DNA from: Verrucomicrobia bacterium UBA1200 | GTDB taxonomy: Bacteria; Verrucomicrobiota; Kiritimatiellia; RFP12; UBA1067 | NCBI GenBank assembly: GCA_002309765.1 | Contig: DBXY01000058.1 | Span: 8,989 to 72,988 of the forward strand | Length of the DNA: 64,000 nucleotides | Direction of reading: 5' to 3' | Part shown: in pieces, positions 27,174-36,481 of the stretch | Position numbering within the stretch: the stretch's first letter is position 1 | Layout of the letters: each line of letters starts with the position of its first letter | Notes under the pieces: model-generated | What the model was told of the DNA's origin: nothing | Databases searched by the model: none | Seen by the model: the letters and a program-made list of their open reading frames with translations, nothing else | Program-made: the position numbers and the translations under genes

Positions 27174-27754
27174 TGTTTCACCCCCCGGAGAAACGCATTT
27201 GCCGCCAGCAGTGCCAACCCTACCGCCAACCCGGCCATAATCACCAGCGTCATATCGATTTCAAATATCACGCAGGCGATAAAACTGGCCGCGCCCAATA
27301 ACCACGCCAAAGGACTCTTTAACACGCTTTTAGACAGTTTGACGGCAGAGAGCAGAATCAGCGCCGACACCCCCGCGCGAACACCAAGGAAAATATGGTC
27401 GAGAGTCGGCGAATCAGCCAACAATGAACGTCCAGTAGCCAGAAACACAATGGCAACAAACGGCACCACTACCGATGCGAACGCCGACACAACCGCTCCG
27501 GAAAAACCGCAAATCCGATACCCCAGCAACACCGCCATGTTAACCGCGATCATTCCAGGCAGCGATTGTACCACCGCCACCACATCAACCATTTCATCGT
27601 CGGTCAGCCAACCGCGCTTCTCGACGAATTCCCTTTGCATAACCGGTAACATCGCCATTCCCCCGCCCAGAGTGACCGAAGAAATGTAAAAAAAGATCCA
27701 AGCTAACGTTAACAGCCGATGTTCCGGTTTTGTGCGCGTTTTATCTTTAAACAC
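27170..27754 (-). CDS. chrA: chromate transporter family protein (short-chain CHR, N-terminal-type half)
   Basis: 194 aa with LGGGMAMLPVMQREFVEKRGWLTDDEMVDVVAVVQSLPG, the typical CHR signature. Confidence 0.75.
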   Translation of the reverse strand: MFKDKTRTKPEHRLLTLAWIFFYISSVTLGGGMAMLPVMQREFVEKRGWLTDDEMVDVVAVVQSLPGMIAVNMAVLLGYRICGFSGAVVSAFASVVVPFVAIVFLATGRSLLADSPTLDHIFLGVRAGVSALILLSAVKLSKSVLKSPLAWLLGAASFIACVIFEIDMTLVIMAGLAVGLALLAANAFLRGVKQ

Positions 27755-27767
27755 ACCGACAACCTTC

Positions 27768-27796
27768 GGGAGAATCCGGGCATTCCGGATTCTCCC
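27768..27796 (-). terminator. strong hairpin after the giant gene (terminator candidate, weak U-tract)
   Basis: 12-bp perfect stem GGGAGAATCCGG / CCGGATTCTCCC (27768-79 / 27785-96) with a 5-nt loop. It begins 13 nt beyond the stop at 27809. Confidence 0.5.
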
Positions 27797-27808
27797 AACA
27801 TTTTGGAA

Positions 27809-30800
27809 TTAATGAAGCATGAACAGTGTTCCCTGCGGATGCGGGTTGATGAGGACAATTTTGTTCCCCGCCAGCGCCGCGCTCCACCCTGGCAGCTCCT
27901 CACCATCCTTGCCGGTGGCGGTAACCTTGATCGCTTCCACCTCCGGCGCGGTCAAATCACCGGCGGAACAAAGCGTGTAACGCGCCATTGCCGCATCACC
28001 GCCCGGGAACTCAACCTCGACATTGGCAAGTTGCTTTACGAAGTCAGTATTGGTAACGCCGGCATAGTCCGCGACATCCAATCTTCCGCCGCTACCCTGG
28101 ACGCGCCAGCAACTGTTGGTGCCGACAAAGGCAAACCGTCCGACAAGCGCTCCCGTGCCGGTCAAAGTGCCAAGAATCGGGCAGGCCCCCAAAGCGTTGT
28201 TGGTCAGCTTCGATCCTTCAGCGAGCGTAACGACACCGTCCAAACCGGCAAGATGGTCTTTCTGGGTGTCAACCGACGAAAATGCGATCCTGAAGTTGTC
28301 GCTGTTGAAGGCCAGGGTCTTTTCCGCGCTTGCGGCTTTGACCTTTAGCGCACAGACCACATTATTGTCATCCTTCAGCTTGCCGCCCCAACTGCCGGAG
28401 CCATCGCTAACCGATATCACGAAACGGTGCCATCCGGCGTCAAGCGTGGCACTTCCGGACTTCGAAGCATTGTAGGCCGTAGTCGCCAACACGACAACCC
28501 CGTCAATCTCCAAACAGATGCGGTCGTCATACTGTCCCGTGAAGTTCCATACACCGGCATTCTCCTCAGGCACCTTAAACCAACCGTCGAAACGAACGTT
28601 ATTACTCTTGAACAAATCAAACGTGTTGAATAAGTGAACTGCGTCAAGCGTGTTGGTCTCATTGTCATACGACACATACGTCTCGGTTGGCAAAGCGTAA
28701 GTATCGATAGAGGATTCACCTTTCAACCTCATCCGGACTCCGGTTCGGCTCGTGTTATTCGGAGAAATGCGCATAGCCAGCGAATCGGTATCGAAACGAG
28801 TATAGACCGATGCCATCTCGTTGTCCTGCGACCAACTGTCGGTCGAGTATCCCAGCGCCATCTTTCCGCTCCAGCCGTTTCCGGCGTCGGGATGCGCTCC
28901 CTGCCCGCCTCCGTCATCCCAAGTCACCACCCGGAAATCGTGCCAACCAGCGGTGAGTTGCACATCGGCAGTAGCGATTTCCTTGAAGGCGGTAGTCTTA
29001 ATCAAGTTGACTCCGTCAATGTCAAACACCAACTGGTTGTCGTAAGTACCGCCAAAGTACCACTTGCCGGCTTTGTTTTCCGGAACGTAGAACTGGCCGC
29101 GGTAGCAGAAATAAACTTTGCCTATCGTCCCGGCGGACTGGTAAGTGTGCAACTGCTTAAACGAGTTGGCCACCAACGGATAAGAGTTCGAACAGGCCAA
29201 TGCGTCTTCCAACGTAGCGAAGGTTTTGGAGGTAAACAGCGCATATTCCACCAGATTGGTGGTTCCGATATCGATCTGGGCCTTGACATCCTCGCCAAGC
29301 TCCAAACCTCCGGCGAATCCGGCCGCGCCGGAAAGATCAACATTTGCCGCGGAATTTTCCACCGCCCACTTTCCGGTAGGTATGCCCTGCAACTTGGAGT
29401 CGGTGCTGAACGAACCGATGCCGGCGATGGTGACATCTGCCGCGCCCAGCAAAGCGTTTTGCCAATTAATCGAATGCCCATTCAAATCAATTGTGTATTT
29501 GCCGCCACCGACCGGTGATTCACCAAACGCCGCGGTCAGCATCCCGTAGGTGTTGGAGAAGTCCGCAGTTGCCCGCAACACGCCGTTGGAAAGATCAAGA
29601 TGCGGCATACCCTGTTTGTCGTGGGTGGTCCCGAATCCGTTCGCGCCCAATTCCAATACACCGCCATACTGCGCGAAACGCTCATCATGGGCAACAGTAG
29701 AGAACGTCGTGTTCGCGCTGCCGTTTTCGCCGATATTGCTGCGGGCGTTGATGCCCTTCGCCGAAATCAAACCGTCATTCATGGTCAGGTATCCGTACTG
29801 CGAGCAATAACCCACATAAATTGAGGTGTTGGGCACCGTGAAGGTGCCGCCGTCCACCACCACCTCATGGCGGTGGCCGCTCACGCCTTCCCAGAAGCCG
29901 ATCAGCACACCGGTCCGTGAGGTGCCGGTGTAATTCAATTCGCCGCCGTCAGCAATTTCAACGCGTGTGGGCAATGGTTTCGGATTTACACTGCCCAAGG
30001 TGAAACGGTAGCCGCTGACGGTGATTGACGAGCCGTCGCCGATACGTACGTTAGCATACATGTTCGAGGTGCCGAGCGCCAGACTGTACATATCCCAAAC
30101 CCGGTCGGACAGTGTCATCCAGCAGCCGCTCTTCGGCATTTGGATATAAACCGTCCCGTTTGAGGCGCGCGACTTGTTCACCACTTGGTCGAACAAACCG
30201 TTGTCCAGCAGCGTCGGGGCGAGCGGACGGAAGACGACACTCTTCGACGCGATGGCCGAGATTTCCCCAAACACCGGCAACGCTCCAGACCCGCTGTTGG
30301 CGCCAAACACCAGCGAGGAGGAGGAGTCAACGGTGATATGGCTATCAGGCGCGTTGACCGCCGGGGTGAACCAGATTGTGCCGGCGGTGTTCTTGTATGT
30401 GCCGCCGATGACGGGGGCGCAATTGAAGTAGAGGTTGCCCGTACCGGTGTAAGAGATCAAGTTATGGTTGGTGACCGCCCCGTCGAAATAGACCGAGTTG
30501 TTGGCGCTGAACGCCGCCGTCGCGTCATCGCCGACGGTAAACGCCGACTGGATGTACGAGGTCCCGGAGCCCAGCGAGAACGCGCCGGTGGCATTCTCAT
30601 CCACCGTTACCGAAATGCCCGCCGGAAGCGTGGTGCCGTAGAGGACCACATTTCCGCCGTTTTTCACATGCACGCCCTCCTCAATGACGCCGGCCTGGGT
30701 GCCCTCGAACTGGATCTTCCCGGTAATATCCTCGCGCTTGAGATCAAAATTAACCGACACCTGGGTGAATCCCAACCCGTCAGCTTGATTCGCTATGTTC

Positions 30801-33800
30801 AAAGCATAAGGCCCTTCGATCACATTGTCGTTCAACGCGGAACCGGTAACCGTCCGCAACGACATGTGCCCGCCGCCAACCTTGGCGTCGCCGGTAAGGA
30901 CCAGATGGCTGAAATAGCCGGTCCATGTGGCGTTGTTGTTGGAGTTGTAGAGCGCTCCGTTGCCATCGGCGCCCTGCCCCTCGAAATAGATCACCTTGCC
31001 GTGGGTGACCTCATCGGACGCCAATGCGATACCGCTGGTGGCCGGGGCGTGGTTGATGTCCAGACCTGCTCCGTCGGCGATATGAATCTCCCCGCCCTCA
31101 TCATTTGCGGAAAGAACCGTTCCGGTGCGGCCATTCAGTTTCACAGTTCCGGAATTAATATCCAATCTAGACAGGTAAGCGATGGCGTTGTCGTTAATCA
31201 ACAAAGTGCCGCCACCGTCTTTCACGAGAGTTTTTAAAGCCGGGGTAATGGTATTGGTGATAATCAAATCGCCAACGGAGTAAACCGAGAACCCTAGCCC
31301 GTCCACTCCCAGCGTCACCGGCATTTTTAAATCCTGCGCGTAGTTGGAAAGGTTGGTGATGGAGGTATAAATCGTAAGTGAATCATTTCCGGTGTGCACA
31401 AACGCGCCGGCATCTTCGCCGATCAAAATTTCACTCAATGCCAGCCCCGGAATGTCAAACAGTGTGGTTCCGGAGGAAGTATTGAAGATCGCGCTGCCGC
31501 CGCTGACGGGCGGCTCGCCGTTCCGCCAGTTGCCGCCAGTCGACCACTTGCCGCCGTCGTTTGCCAATCCGCTCCACTCGTTGGAGGTGGCGGCGCTCTT
31601 GGTCATTATCAACGCACCGTTCCTAACCGAAAGCGATCCCGCCACGCCGCGTAACTCAAATTTAGAGGCATCGGTCACGCCACGAGAAATCAAGGTGTAG
31701 GATGTGTCGTCGTCCAAAGTCGCCATGCCGGACAGCGAAACGTCGATATACACCGGATGTTCCGCCGAGGCCGAAGTAACGTCTATGGTCGTGAAAGCAA
31801 GCACATCGCAACCATCAGGGTTGACATCAAACTCCAAAACCGCACCGGGTGCCAATGTGATGGACGGGAAGGTCAACGTGTTAATAGCGGCATTCGCCAC
31901 CGAGAACGATGCGCCGGAAGCCACGGTAATCTCTCCGGCAGACAGCGAGTTTACCGTAACCAAAGTGCCGGAATCAACCGCCAAAGTACCAGTGAACAGC
32001 TGGTCGGCATTGAAGGTAAGCGTGCCGTTCCCACGTTTGCTGAAACTGAAATCATATCCGCCCTCGTCATCGGCAACCGTAGCCATCCACCTCACATTGT
32101 GGCCGTCGGTGTCAGCTAACACCGTGCCGCCTTTAGTGACGGTAAGGAAGTTCGCGGAGTAAAGCCATCCGTCGACGTTGCCGTATGGCGACAACGTGCC
32201 GCCGTCAATCAGGAACACCGCCTTGGAGTTGGAACGCATGATGGTGTCGGTGATCAGCCGGCCACCCTTTAACACAAATTTCGCCGCATCGGGATTAGCG
32301 CCGTTGAAGGAGAAGTTGCCGGCGCAAGTAAGCTCGCCGCCCGACATCTCGCCGTCAAACGTGCTGTAGTTTCCTGCGCCCAACTGGAAGCTGTTAACCG
32401 ACAGCGAACCGGAAACCAACCTGAACACTTGTTTGGTGAATGCATTTAGATTGGAGTTGTAGTCATTGGTAAACTTGACGTCACAACCATCGATCAACAC
32501 ATCGGAACGCGACAAATCGAAATTACAATTCTGGAACGATTTGGTACCGGTCAACGACCCGCCGAGCAATTCGAAACGGGAATAGGAAAATTCGCTCTCG
32601 TCCGAATTGCCGTTGGGATAAACGTAGGACACGTTGTAAGTGCCGTTGTTTACCCGCAAGTAGCCACCCACGCCATAACCGCGAACAATGGCCCATCCGG
32701 ATGCGCCCTGCGACGTGGTGTCGAGACCGAAATCCTCGCTGCTGGCTGAGAACTCCACCGGAGTCTTCGTGCCATTGTAGAAACACAGATAGGCGTTGCC
32801 GCTGGTCCACTTCGAATATGCGTTGATTTCCACCGAATCCGCCGCGGTGAAGATAATCCGCTGGTTAGCCTCAAACCCTGGCACGGCCCCGGACGACCAG
32901 TTAGACTTGGTCTGCCAGTAATGGTTGGCCAACGGCTGCCAGAAGATATAACTACCGGACAAAGTTGCATTCCGTTTGTAAATCGGATTACCGGTGGGAT
33001 AAACGCGAAGCTTCAAACCGGTATCGGTAAGCTCCAACACCCCCGCACGGTTTACGCCAAAGACTACGGACGATGTCAACGAGAACGCGGCACCGTTCGC
33101 CATCGTCAACTGTCCAGCCTCGATGAGCGAATATTCGCCGCACAACAGAGAATCCGAGCCTTCGATATTCACCGCCACAGAACCTTCCACTGCGAGGGTG
33201 CCCCCGATATTGAGCGAGGCAATTCCGTAAACCGGAGTTAAGTTAATTAGCGAACCCGAACGGATCGACGCATTGCCGTCCACAAAACTGCGGCCGGGAA
33301 TCTCCGCGCCAAGACCGGTTCCGTCAATCACCGCACTGCCGCCGGACAATGACCAACCGGAAGTTTCCTCGCGCCGGAAAGATATATCGTCAAGAATAAT
33401 CGCCTTATCTCCGCTCGGAACCAGATGTTTGAAACTCAAACCGTAGTTCGCAGCTTCGGTCAGCACGATGACGGATTCATAGCACTCGAAAAGGGTATTG
33501 GTCAGCTCTTCGGTACGGTACTCAAACATCGCCATACCGTTTTTGCCAACAGTCACATCCATTAGAGATTGGGTATGGCTTGGCCTGGCTGCGATATTAT
33601 ACGAGAAGCGGTAGATGCCGGCCGGCACCGTACCCAGACTCTGCGAAAGTTCACACTCAGTGCCCTGAACAAAGTACGAATATGTGCCTCCGTTGGTCTG
33701 TCCGTCCGCCAACCAAGGAGTATTGGTTACGGTCAAACCGTATCCGGTATCGCTGGTTTTCCACCACGGTAACGTGAAACCAGGATTGTTTGAATACGCC

Positions 33801-36100
33801 CAATTTGCACCGCCACCAGCGGTACTCGCATTACCCAACGTGGTACCATCTAAAGCGAAGTTGCCGTTAAATACGTATTCGTCCAAACTTCCATCACGCT
33901 CCACGGTCAGCAAAATGCTATTGTCCGTGCAAGTTAAAGTCCGCCTTACCCCCGTCAGCTCGCCGACATTGGAAAGGGCAACGGTAGCACCAGCCTCAAA
34001 GATAACATTTTCTGCGGAAACCAGCGTATAGGTGCCACCGGAGAAACCGGTCAGGTCAAAGGTTAACGCGCCTTGAACCGTAAAAGAACCGGAAGCGGTA
34101 AGCCCCACTTTGTCATCTTCGAAAGCGGATGAGACGATTCTTGATCCATCGGCGACCAGAACGTCTCCGGAAACTTCAACCGCTTCCGTAGCAAGGTCAT
34201 AAACGCCATTGATACGGGTAATACCAGTCCACTGCCAAGTCAGACGTATCCGTGATGGCGAAACGCCCGGAGTGTAGGTATAGCTGGTGTCAGGCACCGC
34301 GTCCGCTGCCACCCAACTTTCGGTGGAAGGGTTCCAAGTTTCCAAAACGTAACCGCTCGGAGAAAACACATCGCCGTTGTAAACCATATTGGTTGCGGAG
34401 AAGGTGTGCGCGGAAGTGAGCAGATAATCTCCGTTACCCTCAACACCTTCAAAGCGCGGGTCAGAGCTGGCGACCTTAACCATAATCGGATCATCAACCC
34501 CGCGGAAACGGATCTCATCGATCATCCGGTTCCATGAAATCTCATCGGTGGTCAGCGCATGGTCATAGAAACGTATGGACTTGTAGGTTCCTTTCGCGTA
34601 ACGGGTTGCGAATCCAGAACCGTCGGTGGTGCCACCGCTGCCGGAACCGAACATCCACGGGTAAGAAGTCGCCTTGGATGAACTACGAGAAACAGAATAT
34701 TCAAGATTGGTGGTCTGGGTGCCATAAACGGTGTTAGCGTTCAAAATGTATGTAGCATATTGGCCTTCCCAGTTTTGAATATAGAGTCGGGGACTTTCCT
34801 GCACCCCATATTCGGTCATTTTCAACTCCAGACGCTGTTTGTTATTGTTGCGGGTGAACGCGCCGTTGTCTAAACCACTCTTTGCTACGGAGAAATAGTT
34901 GGGATAAGTGGTTTGCGTAGCAGTAGCGATGTTGGGAATGTCCATCACATACTGCATTGAAAACACTGCCGGAAGATTGCAGTTGCCGCCGGTGATTGCC
35001 CGAGTGGCCTGATTGAAATAAAAACCGTCATCATACCATATAATCGCGCCAGTGAACGAGAGATTGATCCCCGTACCCAACGAGCCAAGGTTGACCCAGC
35101 TTTCCGCTGAAGCGTTGTGCGGTTGATTCAAACCTTGGTTGCGGATACCGTCAAAATTAATCAGCATCCCACTGGCGTAGGAGTCAGCATCAACGCGCAT
35201 CCACCCGCCGCGAGCGGGGACATTGCTTTCAATGAGCGCAGTATAAACCGCCATCCGCGCTGCCTCTTCGGCGTTAAGTTCGTCAATCTTGTCAGTAATG
35301 TAATCCTTGAGTACCTTACCTGTGTTGGTGGTGATGCCGTCCACGCCCATCATGGTTTGGTTGTAGGCGGTTGTCGTGCTGTCCACGGTCCAAGTTACAA
35401 AAGAATACCCGGCCCCGCGGACTGCGGCCACGTAATCGGCGTTAAACCCGCTGGAAGCGTCGACTCCGGTCGCATGGCACTCCGCCATCGTAGCGATCAA
35501 GTTGCTGACGTTGGAGGGGCAGGTGCTGACCAGATACAGCGCCGGATAGGTGGGAAGCGCCTGACGGATCTTGGAGACCAGATCTGCTCCGAAGGAGATG
35601 AAGATTACCCGCTCCGGCGTGGCCGCCGCCTCGCTGACTACCGCCGCCGCAACGGCGTTGATGAAGGTGTCGCTGTTGGGGTTGCCCTCCTTCAGTTCAA
35701 TCACGGCCTTAATCTCGGAATCGCGCAACAACTCCAGATATTGCGCCAAGGTCGGAACCTTCTCTTCGGAATACTCGCTGCTTGCCCATGAACCGAAAGC
35801 GGTGGCGGCAGTGTTGGTAACCGTGGCAACCGGAAGGTCGGTAATGTTGGAATTTACGCCGGTGGTGCGCCGCATCGATTTGTCGTGCATGATCACCGGA
35901 ACCCCGTCGGCGGTGACGTACACATCGCACTCCATCGCATCCACCCCGCGTTCCAGCGCCAACCGAAACGCCGCCATCGTATTTTCCGGCGCGTCGGAAG
36001 ATTCGCCGCGATGTGAAATGATCATCGGGACGCTGACCGCGCCAAACGCGGACAGACCAACCGTTGTCAATAAGCACAACACCAGTTTTCGCATTTTCAT
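27809..36100 (-). CDS. 2763-aa secreted surface protein: GDPD phosphodiesterase + LamG-like + long autotransporter-associated beta-strand-repeat/beta-helix region + two PA14-like domains
   Basis: Signal MKMRKLVLCLLTTVGLSAFGA. GDPD motifs HRGESSDAPENT, ECDV and MHDKS (aa ~25-262). LamG-like region ending KSIRFYDHALTTDEISWN (aa ~300-533). GTLTFN/GGGTLLIN/SGTVKLNG-type repeats at aa ~1180-2200. PA14-like regions at GKVYFCYRGQFYVPENKAGKWYFGGTYDNQLVFDIDG and VRFDGWFKVPEENAGVWNFTGQYDDRICLEIDG. Confidence 0.85.
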   Translation of the reverse strand: MKMRKLVLCLLTTVGLSAFGAVSVPMIISHRGESSDAPENTMAAFRLALERGVDAMECDVYVTADGVPVIMHDKSMRRTTGVNSNITDLPVATVTNTAATAFGSWASSEYSEEKVPTLAQYLELLRDSEIKAVIELKEGNPNSDTFINAVAAAVVSEAAATPERVIFISFGADLVSKIRQALPTYPALYLVSTCPSNVSNLIATMAECHATGVDASSGFNADYVAAVRGAGYSFVTWTVDSTTTAYNQTMMGVDGITTNTGKVLKDYITDKIDELNAEEAARMAVYTALIESNVPARGGWMRVDADSYASGMLINFDGIRNQGLNQPHNASAESWVNLGSLGTGINLSFTGAIIWYDDGFYFNQATRAITGGNCNLPAVFSMQYVMDIPNIATATQTTYPNYFSVAKSGLDNGAFTRNNNKQRLELKMTEYGVQESPRLYIQNWEGQYATYILNANTVYGTQTTNLEYSVSRSSSKATSYPWMFGSGSGGTTDGSGFATRYAKGTYKSIRFYDHALTTDEISWNRMIDEIRFRGVDDPIMVKVASSDPRFEGVEGNGDYLLTSAHTFSATNMVYNGDVFSPSGYVLETWNPSTESWVAADAVPDTSYTYTPGVSPSRIRLTWQWTGITRINGVYDLATEAVEVSGDVLVADGSRIVSSAFEDDKVGLTASGSFTVQGALTFDLTGFSGGTYTLVSAENVIFEAGATVALSNVGELTGVRRTLTCTDNSILLTVERDGSLDEYVFNGNFALDGTTLGNASTAGGGANWAYSNNPGFTLPWWKTSDTGYGLTVTNTPWLADGQTNGGTYSYFVQGTECELSQSLGTVPAGIYRFSYNIAARPSHTQSLMDVTVGKNGMAMFEYRTEELTNTLFECYESVIVLTEAANYGLSFKHLVPSGDKAIILDDISFRREETSGWSLSGGSAVIDGTGLGAEIPGRSFVDGNASIRSGSLINLTPVYGIASLNIGGTLAVEGSVAVNIEGSDSLLCGEYSLIEAGQLTMANGAAFSLTSSVVFGVNRAGVLELTDTGLKLRVYPTGNPIYKRNATLSGSYIFWQPLANHYWQTKSNWSSGAVPGFEANQRIIFTAADSVEINAYSKWTSGNAYLCFYNGTKTPVEFSASSEDFGLDTTSQGASGWAIVRGYGVGGYLRVNNGTYNVSYVYPNGNSDESEFSYSRFELLGGSLTGTKSFQNCNFDLSRSDVLIDGCDVKFTNDYNSNLNAFTKQVFRLVSGSLSVNSFQLGAGNYSTFDGEMSGGELTCAGNFSFNGANPDAAKFVLKGGRLITDTIMRSNSKAVFLIDGGTLSPYGNVDGWLYSANFLTVTKGGTVLADTDGHNVRWMATVADDEGGYDFSFSKRGNGTLTFNADQLFTGTLAVDSGTLVTVNSLSAGEITVASGASFSVANAAINTLTFPSITLAPGAVLEFDVNPDGCDVLAFTTIDVTSASAEHPVYIDVSLSGMATLDDDTSYTLISRGVTDASKFELRGVAGSLSVRNGALIMTKSAATSNEWSGLANDGGKWSTGGNWRNGEPPVSGGSAIFNTSSGTTLFDIPGLALSEILIGEDAGAFVHTGNDSLTIYTSITNLSNYAQDLKMPVTLGVDGLGFSVYSVGDLIITNTITPALKTLVKDGGGTLLINDNAIAYLSRLDINSGTVKLNGRTGTVLSANDEGGEIHIADGAGLDINHAPATSGIALASDEVTHGKVIYFEGQGADGNGALYNSNNNATWTGYFSHLVLTGDAKVGGGHMSLRTVTGSALNDNVIEGPYALNIANQADGLGFTQVSVNFDLKREDITGKIQFEGTQAGVIEEGVHVKNGGNVVLYGTTLPAGISVTVDENATGAFSLGSGTSYIQSAFTVGDDATAAFSANNSVYFDGAVTNHNLISYTGTGNLYFNCAPVIGGTYKNTAGTIWFTPAVNAPDSHITVDSSSSLVFGANSGSGALPVFGEISAIASKSVVFRPLAPTLLDNGLFDQVVNKSRASNGTVYIQMPKSGCWMTLSDRVWDMYSLALGTSNMYANVRIGDGSSITVSGYRFTLGSVNPKPLPTRVEIADGGELNYTGTSRTGVLIGFWEGVSGHRHEVVVDGGTFTVPNTSIYVGYCSQYGYLTMNDGLISAKGINARSNIGENGSANTTFSTVAHDERFAQYGGVLELGANGFGTTHDKQGMPHLDLSNGVLRATADFSNTYGMLTAAFGESPVGGGKYTIDLNGHSINWQNALLGAADVTIAGIGSFSTDSKLQGIPTGKWAVENSAANVDLSGAAGFAGGLELGEDVKAQIDIGTTNLVEYALFTSKTFATLEDALACSNSYPLVANSFKQLHTYQSAGTIGKVYFCYRGQFYVPENKAGKWYFGGTYDNQLVFDIDGVNLIKTTAFKEIATADVQLTAGWHDFRVVTWDDGGGQGAHPDAGNGWSGKMALGYSTDSWSQDNEMASVYTRFDTDSLAMRISPNNTSRTGVRMRLKGESSIDTYALPTETYVSYDNETNTLDAVHLFNTFDLFKSNNVRFDGWFKVPEENAGVWNFTGQYDDRICLEIDGVVVLATTAYNASKSGSATLDAGWHRFVISVSDGSGSWGGKLKDDNNVVCALKVKAASAEKTLAFNSDNFRIAFSSVDTQKDHLAGLDGVVTLAEGSKLTNNALGACPILGTLTGTGALVGRFAFVGTNSCWRVQGSGGRLDVADYAGVTNTDFVKQLANVEVEFPGGDAAMARYTLCSAGDLTAPEVEAIKVTATGKDGEELPGWSAALAGNKIVLINPHPQGTLFMLH

Positions 36101-36151
36101 AACCTACTCCTCAAAGAATTGGAATTAAAAGCTTCCGAAAAATCGGAACAT

Positions 36152-36180
36152 ATTTTACGACAAAAAAATTGTCTAATCAA
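36152..36180 (-). promoter_or_regulatory. candidate sigma70 promoter of the giant gene
   Basis: On the minus strand: TTGATT (36180-75), 17 nt spacer, TAAAAT (36157-52). The -10 box lies about 52 nt upstream of the ATG at 36100. Confidence 0.45.
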
Positions 36181-36279
36181 GGCGAAAATGGCAATTTTAA
36201 CACCGCCAGCGCGATATCCGCATTTGCCAAGGCTACCGCCGCCGCGCTTCGCGCTTTGGTGGTCAAGACGACGGACAAG

Positions 36280-36305
36280 CCTAACTACCTAACCACCGCA
36301 CCACC
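36280..36305. repeat. A/C-rich G-poor repeat, copy A (CCTAACTACCTAACCACCGCACCACC)
   Basis: Read directly from the sequence. It shares AACTACCTAAC and CACCGCACCACC with copy B at 36444-36481. The minus strand reads as TTAGG-type G/T repeats. Confidence 0.65.
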
Positions 36306-36333
36306 TTGATTATAACTTACCGTTCAGCCACAA

Positions 36334-36382
36334 GACTTCGGACTTCAGACATCAGACTTCCAAACTCCGCTTCTCAACCCTC
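36334..36382. repeat. degenerate tandem heptamer (GACTTCG GACTTCA GACATCA GACTTCC AAACTCC GCTTCTC AACCCTC)
   Basis: Read directly from the sequence: four good plus three degenerate 7-nt units, in intergenic sequence. Confidence 0.65.
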
Positions 36383-36443
36383 AACAGCCCCCGCTGCCCC
36401 ACGTTATCTTATTTACATTCCCGTGCGAAGCGCGAGCGGCGTG

Positions 36444-36481
36444 CTAACCACCTAACTACCGCACCACCTAACTACCTAACC
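36444..36481. repeat. A/C-rich G-poor repeat, copy B (CTAACCACCTAACTACCGCACCACCTAACTACCTAACC)
   Basis: Read directly from the sequence. It overlaps the last codons and stop of the YibE/F gene. Confidence 0.65.

Noticed and set aside
26589-27754. The two 194-aa chrA ORFs considered as a frameshifted single chromate transporter pseudogene.
   Set aside because: Paired short-chain CHR genes with 4-nt overlap are a known natural arrangement. Both halves have intact starts and family motifs.
36189-36293. 34-codon plus-strand ORF (MAILTPPARYPHLPRLPPPRFALWWSRRRTSLTT) in the intergenic island.
   Set aside because: It has no RBS and a low-complexity composition driven by the repeats, and it lies antisense to the local transcription direction.
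36229-36481. The repeat island considered as a CRISPR array.
   Set aside because: The repeat units are 7-38 nt, degenerate and contiguous, without regularly sized unique spacers. No cas genes are in the window.
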